Assembly: GCF_009914755.1 (NCBI RefSeq)
Contig: NC_060925.1
Reading direction: 5' to 3' (one strand)
Length of the DNA: 64,000 nt
DNA from: the human T2T-CHM13v2.0 reference genome, Homo sapiens
Shown here: piece after piece, positions 32,076 through 48,449 of the stretch
Layout: each line of letters starts with the position of its first letter
How positions within the stretch are numbered: the first letter of the stretch is position 1
Position numbers and translations under genes: made by a program
The notes under the pieces: model-generated
Told to the model about the DNA's origin: nothing
The model's database searches: none
What the model saw: only the letters and a program-made list of their open reading frames with translations

Positions 32076-32380
32076 TGAAAAGGAGAAAAAAAGGCATTAC
32101 AGAGGGGAAGGCTGGCTATGATACAAGCATTGGTAGGTGGTCTCTAAGGAAGAGACTGGCTTCCCATCTGCCCAGGATATCAAGTGCCCAGCACATGCAA
32201 ACAGTTCTAGAGCTGTAAGAGCAAACCCTACCTAACCAGAAGCCTGGATGAGTTGAGATGTGTGGGCTCATTCTCTCTCCAGGTCTGCAGGATCGCTCAT
32301 GGCATCTTAGGGGTCACAGCTCAGGCCTTCATCCTGGCAGGAAAGGGCTCAGTCAAGGCCAGTTGGGAGGCCAGCTGAGA

Positions 32381-32396
32381 CTGCCCCCTAGAGGCC
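32381..32396 (-). promoter_or_regulatory. CTCF motif
   Basis: Minus strand GGCCTCTAGGGGGCAG, a close match to the CTCF core. Confidence 0.55.
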
Positions 32397-32836
32397 TACA
32401 GATCCTGTTGACCTGGTATGACTAAGTAATGTGGCAAAAACTCACATTTGAATAGAATGCAAGGTCTACATAGCACTTTCCTGCCATGGCTGCTTAGAGA
32501 TTCACGACAAGTCTGTAAGAAAGATCATATTGTCAGGCTACCCCAAGGTCACTCAAGTAGCAAACTTGAGCCCAAGTCTTCTGATTTTAATTCCCATGCT
32601 CTTTTTAAGGCACGCTACCCACACATACCAACAGGGAGATCCGACCTGGGCAGTAGGCTGTGAGTCGTGATGCCTAAAAGGAAGAAATCCAATGACTCAC
32701 TCAGCCCTCCAATCTGCAAGCCATCTCTGTGCCTCACTCAGATCTGCAAGCCTCACTCAGATCTGCAAGCCATCTCTGTGCCAACACTCCACTGGGCAGG
32801 GGTCAATGCTCGTAGGAGGATAAAAGGACAAATAGA

Positions 32837-33150
<314 letters not shown>

Positions 33151-34002
33151 ATCGAAAGACAAATAGACACCATGCCTGCCCACAAAGAACTTCCATGCAG
33201 TGGAAAGACCGGGCAATGCTCAAAGAAAGAGTGGTTGATTCTGAGGATGATGAGTGATAAGGAGGGCTTCATGGAAGAGGTGGCCTTCCAGTTAGATCTG
33301 TAGGATAAGGTGCTTGAAGGATGATGATTTTGAAAGAAGGCAGTGTAAAAAGGGCATTGGAGTCAAGGGGAACAGCAAGAAAATGGCAAGAAGGAACAGC
33401 TCTGCACACAGTGCCAACAGAATATTAATTATCTAGAATGAGATCATTCTAGATCACTCACTCCTGGAGTGAGGCAGGAGGCAAACAACAAGAGGAAAAG
33501 ACACTGGGGGCCTTGAATGCCATCCTAAATGGATGTGGACTTCTTCTCTATAGTTAGGGTGCAGTTGCTCTGAAACAAGCAAGAATCGATGATGGCTTAA
33601 TTCAGGTAGTGGCACTGGGGCTGGGCAGGTAGGGAGAGGAGTTCCCAAGTTTACCTCCTCTGTGAGTCCCAGAGGCTGGGGATGAGTGTGGAGGAAGGGA
33701 AGACACAGCCAGGATACCTCTTGTGATCTTGTGATTTAATAAGAAATAAGTATTTTGGTCTTTGTCCTCAGTTCCTGGCACAAAGCTTCTAAAATCTTTG
33801 TAATTTCCTGGGTGATAAATGTGCTAGGAGCATCTTTTGTTGTAATATTTGGTCTTTGACTCTAGTTCCTGACAGAGCTCCTAAATCCCTGGAATTTCCT
33901 GGGAATAGAAGAGTCTTTTGTTCTAATAAGGTGACTCTTGTGGGCTCCTGAATGGGGGCTAGTCACAAGAAAGACCAAGCCATGATTAGAAGCTTGGAAA
34001 AA

Positions 34003-34295
34003 GCCAGGCAAGTTGCTTCACAACTGTAATCCCAGAACTTTGAGAGGCCAACGTAAAAGGATCGTTTCAGCCCAGGAGTTCAGCGCCAGCCTGGGCAACA
34101 CAGTGAGATGATATCTGTACTAAAAATAAAAAATAATAAACTAGCTGGACATAGTGGTACACACCTGTAGTCCCAGCTACTCAGAAAACCAAGGCAAGAG
34201 GATTGCTTGGGCCCAGGAGATTGAGGCTGTAGTGGGCCATGTTCATGCCACTGTACTGCAGCCTAGGCAACAGAGAGAGACCCTGTCTCAGAAAC

Positions 34296-34367
<72 letters not shown>

Positions 34368-34427
34368 AGGGAGGGAGGGAGGGAGGGAGGGAGGGAGGGA
34401 GGGAGGGAGGGAGGGAGGAAGGGAGGG
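34003..34427 (+). mobile_element. AluJ with (GAAA)n(GGGA)n expanded tail
   Basis: Dimer followed by a purine microsatellite; TSD gcttggaa. Confidence 0.9.
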
Positions 34428-35067
34428 CTTGGAACTTTCAGCCCCACTCCCCATCTTCCAGGCAGGGGAGAGGAGCTGGTGACTAGGTTGATAATCCATC
34501 ATGCCTATGAGATAAAGCCTCCATAAAAATTCCTGAGCTACAAAGACCTAACAACAGAGCTATCATTATATCTGGCAATCCCATTACTGGGTATATACCC
34601 AAAGGAATATAAATCATTCTGCCATAAAGATACATGCAAGCAAATGTTTCTTGCAGCACTATTCACAATAGCAAAGACATGGAATCAATCAAAATGCCCA
34701 TCAATTACAAATTGGATAAAGAAAACGTGGTGCATATACACCCTGAAATACTATGCAGTCAAAAAAAGAACAAGACTATGTCTTTTACTGAAATGTGGAT
34801 GGAGCTAGAGGCTATTGTCCTTAGCAAACTAATGCAAGAATACCAAATACCACATGTTCTCACTTGTAAGTGGGAGCTAAGTGATGAGAACTCATGAACA
34901 CAAAGAAGGGAACAACAGACACTGGAGCCTACTTGCAGGTAGAGGGTGGGAGGAGGGAGAGGAACAAAAAAAGAATAACTATTTGGTACTAGGCTTAGTA
35001 CTTGGGTGATGAAATAATCTGTACAACAAATCCCTATGACAGGAGCTTAGCTATATAACAAACTTGC

Positions 35068-37382
35068 TGTATTAGTCCATTCTCACACTGCTATAAAGAA
35101 ATACCTAAAACTGAGTAATTTATAAAGAAAAGTTGTTTAATTGGCTTATGGTTCTGCAGGCTATACAGGCTTCTGCTTCTGAGGAGGCCTCAGAAAACTT
35201 ACAGTCGTGGTGGAAGACAAAGGTGAAGCAAGCACATCTTACATGGTGGGAGCAGGAGGAAGTGTAGGGGAGGTGCTACACACTTTTAAGATAGCACTAG
35301 GGGGATGGTGCTAAACCATTAAACCACCCCCATGATCTGATCACCTCCCACCAGGCCCCTTCTCCAACACTGGGGATTACAAATTGACATGAGATTTGGA
35401 CGAAGACACAAATCCAAACCATATTCTGTCCCTGGCCTATCCCAAACTTTGTGTCCTTCTCACATTGCAAAATACAATTATCCCATCTCAACAGTCCCCC
35501 AAGTTTTAACTCATTTCAGCATTAACTCGAAAGTCCAGTCCAAAGTCTCATCTGAGACAAGACAAGTCCCTTCCACCCATGAGCCTGTAAAATCAAAAAC
35601 AAGTTAGTTACTTCCAAAATACAATAGGGGTATAGGCATTGGATAATTACTCCCTTTCCAGAAGGGAAAAATTGGCCAAAGCAAAGGAGCTATAGGCCCT
35701 ATGCAGGTCCAAAACCCAGCAGGGCAGTCATTAAATCTTAAAGCTCTGAAATAATCTCCTTTGACTCTGTGTCTCACATCCAGACCACACTGGTGAAAGG
35801 GCTGGGCTCCCAAGGCCTTGGGCAGTTCTGTCCCTGTGGCTCTGCAGGGCTCAGCTCCCATGGCTGTTCTCAAGGGCGTTGAGTGCCTGTGGCTTTTCCA
35901 GGTGCACAGTGCAAGCTGTTGGTGGATCTACCATTCTGGGGTCTGGAGGATGGTGGTCTTCGTCTCACAGCCCCACTAGGCAGTGCCCCACTGGAAACTC
36001 TGCATGGGGGTTTCAACCCCACATTTCCCTTCTGCACTACCCTAGTAGAGGTTCTCCATGAGGGCTCCACTCCTGCAGCAGACTTCTGCCTAGACATTCG
36101 GCCATTTCCATACATCTTCTGAAATCTAGGCAGAGACTCCCAAGCCTTAACTCTTGTCCTCTGCACACCCACAGGCTTAATGCCATGTGGAGGCCACCAA
36201 TACTTGCAGCTTGCACCCTCTGGAGCAGCTGCCTGAGGCATATCTGGAGCTTGAGCCGCCAGGACACAGGGAGCACTGTCCCGAGGTTGTGCAGGGCAGT
36301 GGGGCTCTGGGTCCAGACCACAAAACCATTCTTCTATCCTAGGCCTCTGGGCCTGTGAAGGGAGAGGCTGCCATGAAGTTTGCTGAAATGCCTTCCAGGC
36401 ATTTTCCCCATTGTCTCAGCTATTAACATTCAGTTCCTCTTTACTTATGCAAATTTCTGCAGCTGGTTTGAATTCCTCTTCTGAAATTTTTTTTTCTCTA
36501 CCACATGGCCAGGCTGCAAATTTTCCAAACTTTTATGCTCTGCTTCCCTTTTAAATAAAAGTTCTAGTTTTAGATCATTTATTTCCTTATGCATGTGACT
36601 GTAGGTTCTTACAAGCAGCCAAGTCACATCTTGAATGTTTTGCTGCTTAGAAATTTCTCCCTCAAGATACCCTAAATCATCTCTCTCAAGTTCAAGTTCC
36701 ACAAATGTCTAGAGCAGGGGCATAATGCTGCCAGTCTCTTTGCTAACACATAGGAAGAGTAAACTTACCCCAGTTTCCAATAAGCTCCATCTGAGAGGTC
36801 TCCATCTGAGACTTCCTCAGCCTGGACTTCATTGTCCATATCACTATCAGCATTTTGGCCACAACAATTCAACAAGTTTCTAGGAAGCTCCAAACTTTCC
36901 CTCATTTTCCTGTCTTCTTCTGAGCCCTCCAAACTCTTCCAACCTCTGCCTATTACCCAGTTTCAAAGTCATTTCCACATTTTCAAGTACCTTTATAGCA
37001 ATGCTCCACTTCTCTGGTACCAATTTTTTTTATTAGTCCATTCTCACACTGCTATAAAGAAGTACCTGAAACTGGGTAATGTATAAAGAAAGGATGTTTC
37101 ATTGTCTCACAGTTCTGTAGGCTGTATAGGCTTCTGCTTCTGTCAAGGCCTCAGGAAACTTACAATCACAGCAGAAGGCAAAGGGGAAGCAAGCACATCT
37201 TACATAGTGGGAGCAAGAGGAAGGAGGGGTGCCACACACTTTTAAAACAGCACTAGAGGGATGGTGCTAAACCATTAAACAGTTCCTATGATCCAGTCAC
37301 CTCCCACCAGGCCCCTCCTCCAACACTGGCAATTCCAGTTCAACATGAGATTTGGGTGGGGACACAACTCCAAACCGCAGCA
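35068..37382 (-). mobile_element. Full-length MaLR provirus (MSTA/THE1D-like LTR-int-LTR)
   Basis: Two similar ~355-bp LTRs (35068-~35424 and ~37029-37382) around a ~1.6-kb MST/THE1-type internal region; 5-bp TSD cttgc. Confidence 0.92.
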
Positions 37383-37441
37383 CTTGCACATATACCCCTG
37401 AACTTAAAATAAAAGTTTAAAAAATAATAATAAAGAAAGAA

Positions 37442-37445
<4 letters not shown>

Positions 37446-37516
<71 letters not shown>
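37446..37516. repeat. (CA)n(GA)n compound microsatellite
   Basis: Direct reading. Confidence 0.97.
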
Positions 37517-37664
37517 AAGGCAAGGTCACAGCTAAAAAAAAAAAAAAATCCCTGAGCTACAGAATTCAGAGAGCTTCCAGGCTGCTGAACTCATGGAGGT
37601 GCTGGGAGGGTGGTGTGCCCAGAGAAGGCATGGAAGTTCTGCACCCCTTTCCCCATACCTTGCC

Positions 37665-38006
37665 TGTATTTGTCTGTTCTCATGCTGCTAATAAAGGCAT
37701 ATCTGAGACTGCATAATTTGTAAAGGAAAGAGGTTTAATGGACTCATAGTTCTACATGGCTGGGGAGGCCTCACAATCATGGCAGAAGAGCAAGGAACAT
37801 CTTACATGGTGGCAGGCAAGAATAGGACATGTGCAGGGGAACTCCTCCTTATAAAACCATCAGATCTCATGAGACTTATTCACTATTAAGAGGATAGCAT
37901 GGGAAAGACCCACCCTTATGATTCAGTTACCTCCCACAACATGTGGGAATTGTGGGAGTCACAATTCAAGATGAGATTTGAGTAGGGACACAGCCAAGAC
38001 ATGTCA
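37665..38006 (-). mobile_element. THE1 solo LTR
   Basis: THE1 consensus-like sequence; TSD ttgcc. Confidence 0.9.
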
Positions 38007-38547
38007 TTGCCCTGTGCATCTCTCCCATCTGGCTGTTCCTGAATTGCATCGTTTTATGATAAACCCATAACTTAGTAACTTTTCTCTTTGCTTTCTGTGA
38101 ACTATTCTAGCAAATTAGTGAACATGAGGAGGAGGTCGTGGGAACCTCCAATTTGTAACCAAGTCAGACAGAAGTTGTGGGTGACCTGGGGACCCACCAC
38201 TTATGATTGGGCTCTGAAGTGGGGATGGTCTTGTAGGACTGAGCCATTAACTTGTTCTAACTCCAGGCAATTAGTGTCAGAATTGAGTTAAATTGTAGGA
38301 CACCCAGCTGGTGTTGGAAAATTGTTCAGTGTGGGGGAAAAACCCACACATCTGGTGTCAGAAGCGAAATGTGTTGTGAATAGAGGAAAACAGTGAGTGC
38401 TTCTTATATGCCTCTGAATGCTGGCATTTGACAGAGACCCTAACCTCATCTACCCCAGAAGCTGTAACAGTTCAGGACTCATATTTAGCGTAAATAGGGA
38501 GATATTTTGATTTCCTCTGAAAGAAAACTACTAGCTAGAAAAGGGAC

Positions 38548-38905
38548 AGGCTGGGTGCAGTGGCTCATGCCTATAATCCCAGCACTTTGGGAGGCCAAGC
38601 CCAGGAGTTCAAGACCAGCCATGGCAACATGGCAAAACTGCTGTCTCTACAAAAAATAAGAAATTCACTGGGTGTGGTGGTACACACCTGTAGTCCCAGC
38701 TACTTGGGAAGCTGAGTTGGGAGGATTGCTTGAGCCCAGGAGGTCAAGACTGTAGTGAGCTATGATCATGCCCATAAATAGGCACTGCATTCCAGCCTAG
38801 GTGACAGAGTGAGACCCTGTCTCAAATAAATAAATACAATACAATACAATACAATACAATACAATACAATACAATACAATACAATACAATACAATAAAAT
38901 ACAAT
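38548..38905 (+). mobile_element. AluJ with (ATACA)n pentanucleotide tail
   Basis: Left-arm deletion; tail of about 12 ATACA units. Confidence 0.9.
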
Positions 38906-39098
38906 AGAAAAGAGAGGGCATAAATGTGGAGAGTCCTCTGACCTAGTCTTAGAAAACAAGGCCATGAAGGTAGGAACTGTGTCTCTCTCAAGTTCATCGT
39001 GCAACCCTTCACAGAGCTCCACATGCAATATGGGGACTTACGAGTGTACTTTGAGGTTGTTCTTGCTGGGCATGTCACTATATCACATGCTTCCCTGA

Positions 39099-39568
<470 letters not shown>

Positions 39569-39958
39569 CTCTTCCTTTCTTTTCACAACAAAATTTCATG
39601 AAAGTGGTGTGTATTCTCACTGTCCTTTCATTTCTGTCCTGCCTTTCTCTCTTACCATCCCTCTGGGCAGATGGTCAGGGTAAAACCATTGGCCAATATC
39701 CAGGTGGTCTTGATGTTGCTCAATCCAATGGTTAACTCTCAGTCCTCTTCTTAGTTGACCTGTAAGTAGCTGATTGGACTCAGGTCGATGCTCTTTCCAC
39801 CTAGAAATAGAGAGGGGGATGAATTTCAGGAGGGATGTTTTTGAGTGGCCAAGAGGAAATCAAATCTAGAGCCCAAGGGGAGAGGTTGGCCTTAGGACAC
39901 AGACAGTTCATCCCTTGTCACAGGGTAGATGGCAGACACAGTGTGAGGATAGATGTCA

Positions 39959-40410
<452 letters not shown>

Positions 40411-40509
40411 GTGATATTGAAAATTGGATAAGAGACATGATGCTGCCAGGTGGCATTAAGGGCCAGTTGAGTTAGTGACTATCAATTTAATGTAAGACAG
40501 ATCAACACA

Positions 40510-41012
40510 TATATTATTTATTTTTTGCAGATGACAAATTTTCCCAAATTCAGTGGTCTAGAACAGCATATATTTATTATCTTACCATTTCGGTGCATAG
40601 GGAATTTGGGAATTTAGCTGTATGGTTCTGACCTCTAAGACTTTCATGAGACACCGACTGCAGCTATAGTCAACTGATGGCTCAGCTGTGGTGGGAGGAT
40701 CTCCTATCAGGATGGCTCACTCGCATGGCCATGGGCAGGAGGCCTCGGTTCTTCATTACGTAAGTCTCTCCTTAGGCTGTTTCAATGTTATCATGACACG
40801 GCAGCTGACTTCCTCCAGAACAAGTGATACAAAAATCAGAGAGGGAACTGCTTTTTACAATCTAGTCTCTGAAGTTGTCTACTCACTTCAGGTTTATTCT
40901 ATTCATTAGAAGCAAATTGCTATGTCCAGCCCACTCTGAAAAGAGGAATTTACCTCCACCTCTTAAAGTAAGGAATACCAAATAATTTATGGGCATTTTT
41001 TTAACTACCATA
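40510..41012 (-). mobile_element. Old MLT1 LTR
   Basis: Degenerate MLT1 motifs (atttattatcttacc, ggatggctcactcgcatggc, ttttaactaccata). Confidence 0.55.
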
Positions 41013-41326
41013 CCTTGATTGTGTGCTTTATTCCAGTCACACTGAGCTGTACAGGCACAGGTCAGGCATGGGGTAGATGGAAAGTTGGATTAAGTAAGTT
41101 ATGAATATGTGAGAGCAAGAAATCTAAGAACCAGAGCCTTGATGGTGCCAGGCCTCCCAAAATCAGCAGGTGAATTCTGCTGAATGTCGGCTGCACATGG
41201 CTCCAGCAGGCTCAGCACCAGAACGGTGGGTCCTTACGCTGCTGCACGCCCATTAGCAAGCTTCAGCTCTGGTCACCTGTCTAATTCAGTCCTGCTGTCC
41301 GCTGGCCTCATTGAACTACTCATTAT

Positions 41327-43522
<2,196 letters not shown>

Positions 43523-44626
43523 TTACAATTAATCCAATTTTGAACATGGACAGTAAAAAAAGAAATCCCCACAGCAGGTAGAGAGGGAGATATTTACGAG
43601 TTAAGAATCCTGCCCAGGGAGCCTCAAATCTAACAAGCCTGTTCCCACAGCAGGCCTGGCAGTGAAATCAGCTGGGAAGGTGGTATCCACAGCCCCTCAG
43701 TCACTCTCCCTTGCAGTTAGGGTCTAGGCTGCACTTGGAAAGAGCCTCATCTCCCGTCCCCAGCTCCCCAGTCACTAGTCCAAAGAGAACACTGAGTTCT
43801 CCACTGGGTTTTCAAAGGAAAGGCAAAGGAGGATAAAACATTAACAGGTCCTTGTTAGTATAGGTTCTTGTTAGACTTTCAATTTACAAGGAATTTTAGA
43901 GAAATGCCTCAAGCTGAACCTGTAATAGCCAGGTGGGAACTTGGGCAGATGGTAGCAATTTCTCAAGGTTCGTCCCAAAACACTGCTGCAGATCCTTCCC
44001 ATGGTCACTGTTTAAACACATGTCCTGTCCAGTCTTTCTTGTAACCATCCCTTGAGTCATTTCTTTCCTCTCCATCCCCACAGCCATGACTTAAGTACAA
44101 TTCTTTATTCCTTCTAGCCTGCAGCACAACAATAGCCTTCCAAATCTCTCAAATCCCTCCAATCTCCACAGTCTGATCCTGTCACTTAAGGTACTTCAAT
44201 GCTCCTCACCTTGCCTTAAAGATGATAGCCCAACTCCTTGGTACAGCACTGTGACCCTCAGCGTCTGGGTGTCCCAGCCCTGTCACCGTCACAACCCTGT
44301 CTGCCCATATCTCCTCCATGCAGAACTAACATTGGAAACACCCCCCAAACTCACAATGCCTTTTCACACCTCTATGCTCTTTCTGGCTGCAAGGACAGTC
44401 ACTCTGGTCTCTCCCTGCTTAGGCATGACTCACCTTTCTAGATTAAGTTCAAATATCACTCCTCCAGAATGTCTCTCAAGGTAAAGGCTAGCCCATGCAT
44501 CTCACTGAATTGTAAGGTTGGCTTCTCCGTTCCATATCTTCCCCACTACTCCCATTAAAGTTGAAATTCCTTGCGTGCAGGGACTGTATTTTTCATCCTT
44601 ATGTCTCTATTCCCTTTATCTCAAAT

Positions 44627-44936
44627 TTCTTTTTTTTTTTTTTTTTTTTTTTGAGATGCAGTCTCGCTCCATCTCCCAAGTTGGAGTGCAGTGGCATGGC
44701 ACAATCTCGGCTCACTGCAACCTCCACCTCCCGGGTTTGAGCGATTCTCCTACCTCAGCCTCCTAGGTAGGGATTACAGGTGCACACCACCACACTCAGC
44801 TAATTTTCGTATTTTTAGTAGAAATGGGTTTTCACCATGTGGGCAAGTCTCGTCTCAAACTCCTGACCTCAGGTCATCCACCCGCTTGTGCCTCCCAAAG
44901 TGCTAGGATTATAGGCATGAGCCACTGCACCCAGCC
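44627..44936 (-). mobile_element. Alu
   Basis: Antisense dimer; TSD tatctcaaatttct. Confidence 0.93.
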
Positions 44937-46112
44937 TATCTCAAATTTCTTTCTGTGACTTAGAACCTGGCACATAATATGAGTTCAATACATGCTTGAT
45001 GAATTAATAATTAGCTAAATATATAAGTCATATTCAAACTTTGTATTTCACACTCTTGGACTGGTAAGAGACAGAGTATAGTTAAGCCCGTGATGAGTAT
45101 AATTGTATGAATTAAAGTACACATGTATACTGAGGGCTCATTTCACGTGTGAGTCTCTGAAAATGTTTGCGACTACAACTTAAACCAAGACAACCTAAGG
45201 ATTTCGAGAAGCAGTAAGAGTATCCAGAGAAAATAGTAACTTAGATGCAGCCAATACAAGCTCAAGACTGAGAGTCTGCAAATCTAGATTCCAGCCTCTG
45301 CTCTGCCACATTCTTGAGTGACCTGGAGAAGTCACTTTAACCCTGGGTCTTCCTGTGCTCATCTGACACAGAGGGCATGGGAGCCTGGAGCCCAGCCCTC
45401 CTGTGCACCCTGTCTAGCTACACTTCTCTGGAGGCGAAAGGCTGCTGGGCATTGAACACAGCTATCAGCCTGGGAGCTGGGCCGAGCCTCACCAGGGAAT
45501 AGTGAGGGGCTCCCTGCTCCGACAGCACACAGGTGCACACACACGCCTGCTCATCAGGTCCCCGGCTGACCCCTTTACACACACCATCTCCTGCTTCTGC
45601 AACAATGCCGTGCAATAGCAACTATCACCAGCCACATTCTACAGGTGAGAAAGCTGAGCTTCATCCACAGTTCCTCAGTAGCAGGAGTAGGATTGGAACC
45701 CAAGTGTGTTAGCTAAAAGCCCACACATTTATCCAAGATACCATATTGACACTGTTTAAAGTGACAAACGATCACTTTATGTAGAATGCACCCAGGGAGT
45801 TGAACTGATGGAGTCTGCATTCTTGTCACAGAGTCCACTCTCCCCTCCACATCTCCCCCTTAGCCCCAACACAGGACTGCTGGGTTCCTCTGCTAGTCCC
45901 AGGTGAGATACTCTCTCACCTTCCAGCAGCAGGTAACAAGGACCAGGAGGCACCAGAAACAAACCCAGCTCCTCACTGCAGCCAGCAAGGGAATATGGCC
46001 TCTCAGAGCAGCTGGGATTCTAGCCAGCTGAAATTAAACTGCGCAGCGACAGCAGTCAGAGGTAACTCATGTTAAAGGTATCAGTGATGGCTCCAGCAAC
46101 TGGTGGTCTCTG

Positions 46113-46128
46113 CTGCCCCCTAGATGTC
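46113..46128 (-). promoter_or_regulatory. CTCF motif
   Basis: Minus strand GACATCTAGGGGGCAG, with mismatches in the 5' part of the core. Confidence 0.4.
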
Positions 46129-46649
46129 TGTTTCCTCCAACAGGCCTCAGATTAATTTAAAACCAAGTGCTTGGTGTAATATTGCATAGTAACACTCTTT
46201 TCCTGCTTCATCAATCATGCATTTATCCTACCTTTCCTGTGTGGACTGTAAGTAGTTGGCAAAGCAATGCTCTTCTTAAGAATTGCAGCAAATAGGAGAA
46301 CAAGTGATAGAGGAGTCACCGTCTGGCAACCCTTAATGACATAATGAGTCTAGGTAGCCATCACCAATGGATGCTAACACAATTAGATGAAAGGCGAATG
46401 GAGAACTTTATAATAGATGGATCTGACTGAAACACCTAAGCCCACTTATCAATCTGTGCATCTATGCATGGGACATTATTGCCTTCTCATATAATACGGT
46501 GTACAATATAGGTTCATCTGTGAAGACCTCTGTCCACCCCCCAAAAAATAAACTGAATCCAATCAAACCTCTAGATTTTACTGCCAGTTTAGAGAAAATA
46601 AGAGGTTAGTCAGGGTTTCTTAGCCTCTGCATTATTGACATTTTGGATA

Positions 46650-47345
46650 ACCACCAAAAGGATAGTAAAAACCAGTCTAATGGTGAAATGAAATAATAAA
46701 AAATAGTTAATCCAAAAGAAAGGAAAAAAAAAAGGAGAGGAAGGAAAACATAGACTTGATGGGACAAACAAAAAGCAAAAAGAAGAAAGTAGGTTTAGAT
46801 GCAAACATATTAGTAATTCCATTAAATCTAAATGATTGCATTAAAAAAATTCTCAGCCTAGTTAAAAGCAACAAAGGGACATAGCTTAACTATAAAGATA
46901 TAGAAAAGTTAAAAATAAAAGTACAGAAAGAAATGCATGCAAACACCAAAAGAAAGATGATATAGCTATATAATATCAGAAAAAGAACACCCTGAGGCAA
47001 GAAGCATTATTAGCGATAAAGAGAAACATTTCATAATCATGAAAGATCAATTCACTGGGAAGATGTAGTAAAACTGTATACTTATAACAACATAGCCACG
47101 AAATATGTACAATAAAAATTGGCAAGACAAAAAGGAAAATATGCAATCTTAATATGAGATATTAATACAATACTCTTAGTAACGGATAGAACAAGCAGAC
47201 AAAAATACCAATAAGGATATAGAAGATTTGAATAACACAATTAACAAACTTAGCCTCCTTAGCATATGTAGAATACTGCACCAAACAGCAGCAAAGTCCG
47301 TGTTCTTTTCAAATGCACATGGAGTATTTACCAAAATTGGCCACC
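46650..47345 (+). mobile_element. Ancient L1 inter-ORF/ORF2 endonuclease remnant
   Basis: Frame reads DIEDLNNTINKL..L..CRILHQTAA..VFFSNAHGVFTKIGH, the L1 APE domain motif. Confidence 0.8.
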
Positions 47346-48449
47346 ACACACCCCACAGTCCTGGTGGCATGGGCACATTTTGTGCATAGTTGATTGATAT
47401 GGGAGACTGTACCTGACCCAACATGGGTCAATGAGTTTTTTCCCTAGATTTTTGGACTTGAATCTGATGGTTGAAGCTGTGAAAAATAAAGTTTGGGCAC
47501 TTTTCCTCCCACCTTGAAAAGGGGATCCCAATGTTATCTGAGTCTCTGTTTAGGTTATTCCTGAGGCATGCGTATTCTACCTTGGTTTTACAATGACATT
47601 CCAGAATCTTTAGCATGCATTTACTTTGGACTTTTTTTTACCGTGATAAAATATATATAACATAAAATGTACTAGGTTTAGCATTTAAGTGTACAGTGCA
47701 GTGGCACTAAGTACATTCGCATTGTTATGCAACCATCACACCATCCATCTCCAAAACCGCAGGTTTCATCTTTTCATCTTCCAAGACTGCAGCTTTATCT
47801 CCATTGAGCACCAACTCCACATTTCCCACTCCTTGTATCCTCTAGCAACCATCATTCTACTCCTAGACTACTTTGTGACTCAGTTTCTCTGTCACTTAAG
47901 AGAAGAGAGGCTCCATTGCTGACTGCAGGGATTGCTTCTGTATATACAGGCCTTCTTGCATCTATAGGATTAGGTTTACTGCAGGGAAAAAAGGTAAGAG
48001 AAATATACATCATATGGGTTTTTGGAGGAAGAAAAGAGGCGACAGCACAAAATGGATGAGGTTTTCGTGTTGGGTGTCCTGCACACAGGACTCAGCAGCC
48101 CTGCCATGTATCTATCTGCCCAACTCTTTCCCATGGAGTTCATCTTGTGGGCCACTTCCAAATTATAGATCCACAGGCAAGTTTCACAGCTCTGTCACTG
48201 TCACCTGTGGCAAGCTTCTCATAGTGCCTCCGTGGCTTAATGTCATGAGCCCCTCCATTGTGAGCATTCTGTTTAGGGTCCTGCACCATCACAGCCTGGC
48301 AATGAGCTTCAGATGTTTTGCCATAACCTTAGATTTAAGTCATCAAGCAGCAGGACCAAGACCTATCATGCATTTACTTTTGTTTTTGGCTTAATTTGAG
48401 TTGGTTTTTTTCCTTGTACAAAAAGAATCTCTGTACACAGACTCCTATT

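Larger units (their letters stand above)
34543..37548 (+). mobile_element. 5'-truncated L1PA (old primate) 3' end, split by the MST provirus
   Basis: L1 3' sequence at 34543-35067 resumes at 37383 up to aataaaagtttaaaaa. TSD aaaaat(t/c)cctgagctaca at 34525 and 37544. Confidence 0.88.
33722..38400. mobile_element. MER21-type LTR fragmented by nested insertions
   Basis: Pieces 33722-34000, 34428-34542, 37549-37664 and 38007-38400 join into one MER21-like sequence across the TSDs. Confidence 0.8.

Noticed and set aside
34154-34526. ERKK/GGRE low-complexity ORFs (also 63634-63936 and CIVLY repeats at 38797-39117)
   Set aside because: Translations of microsatellites.
35604-37086. Several ORFs in the MST internal region
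   Set aside because: Decayed MaLR internal sequence with stops and frameshifts; no intact gene.
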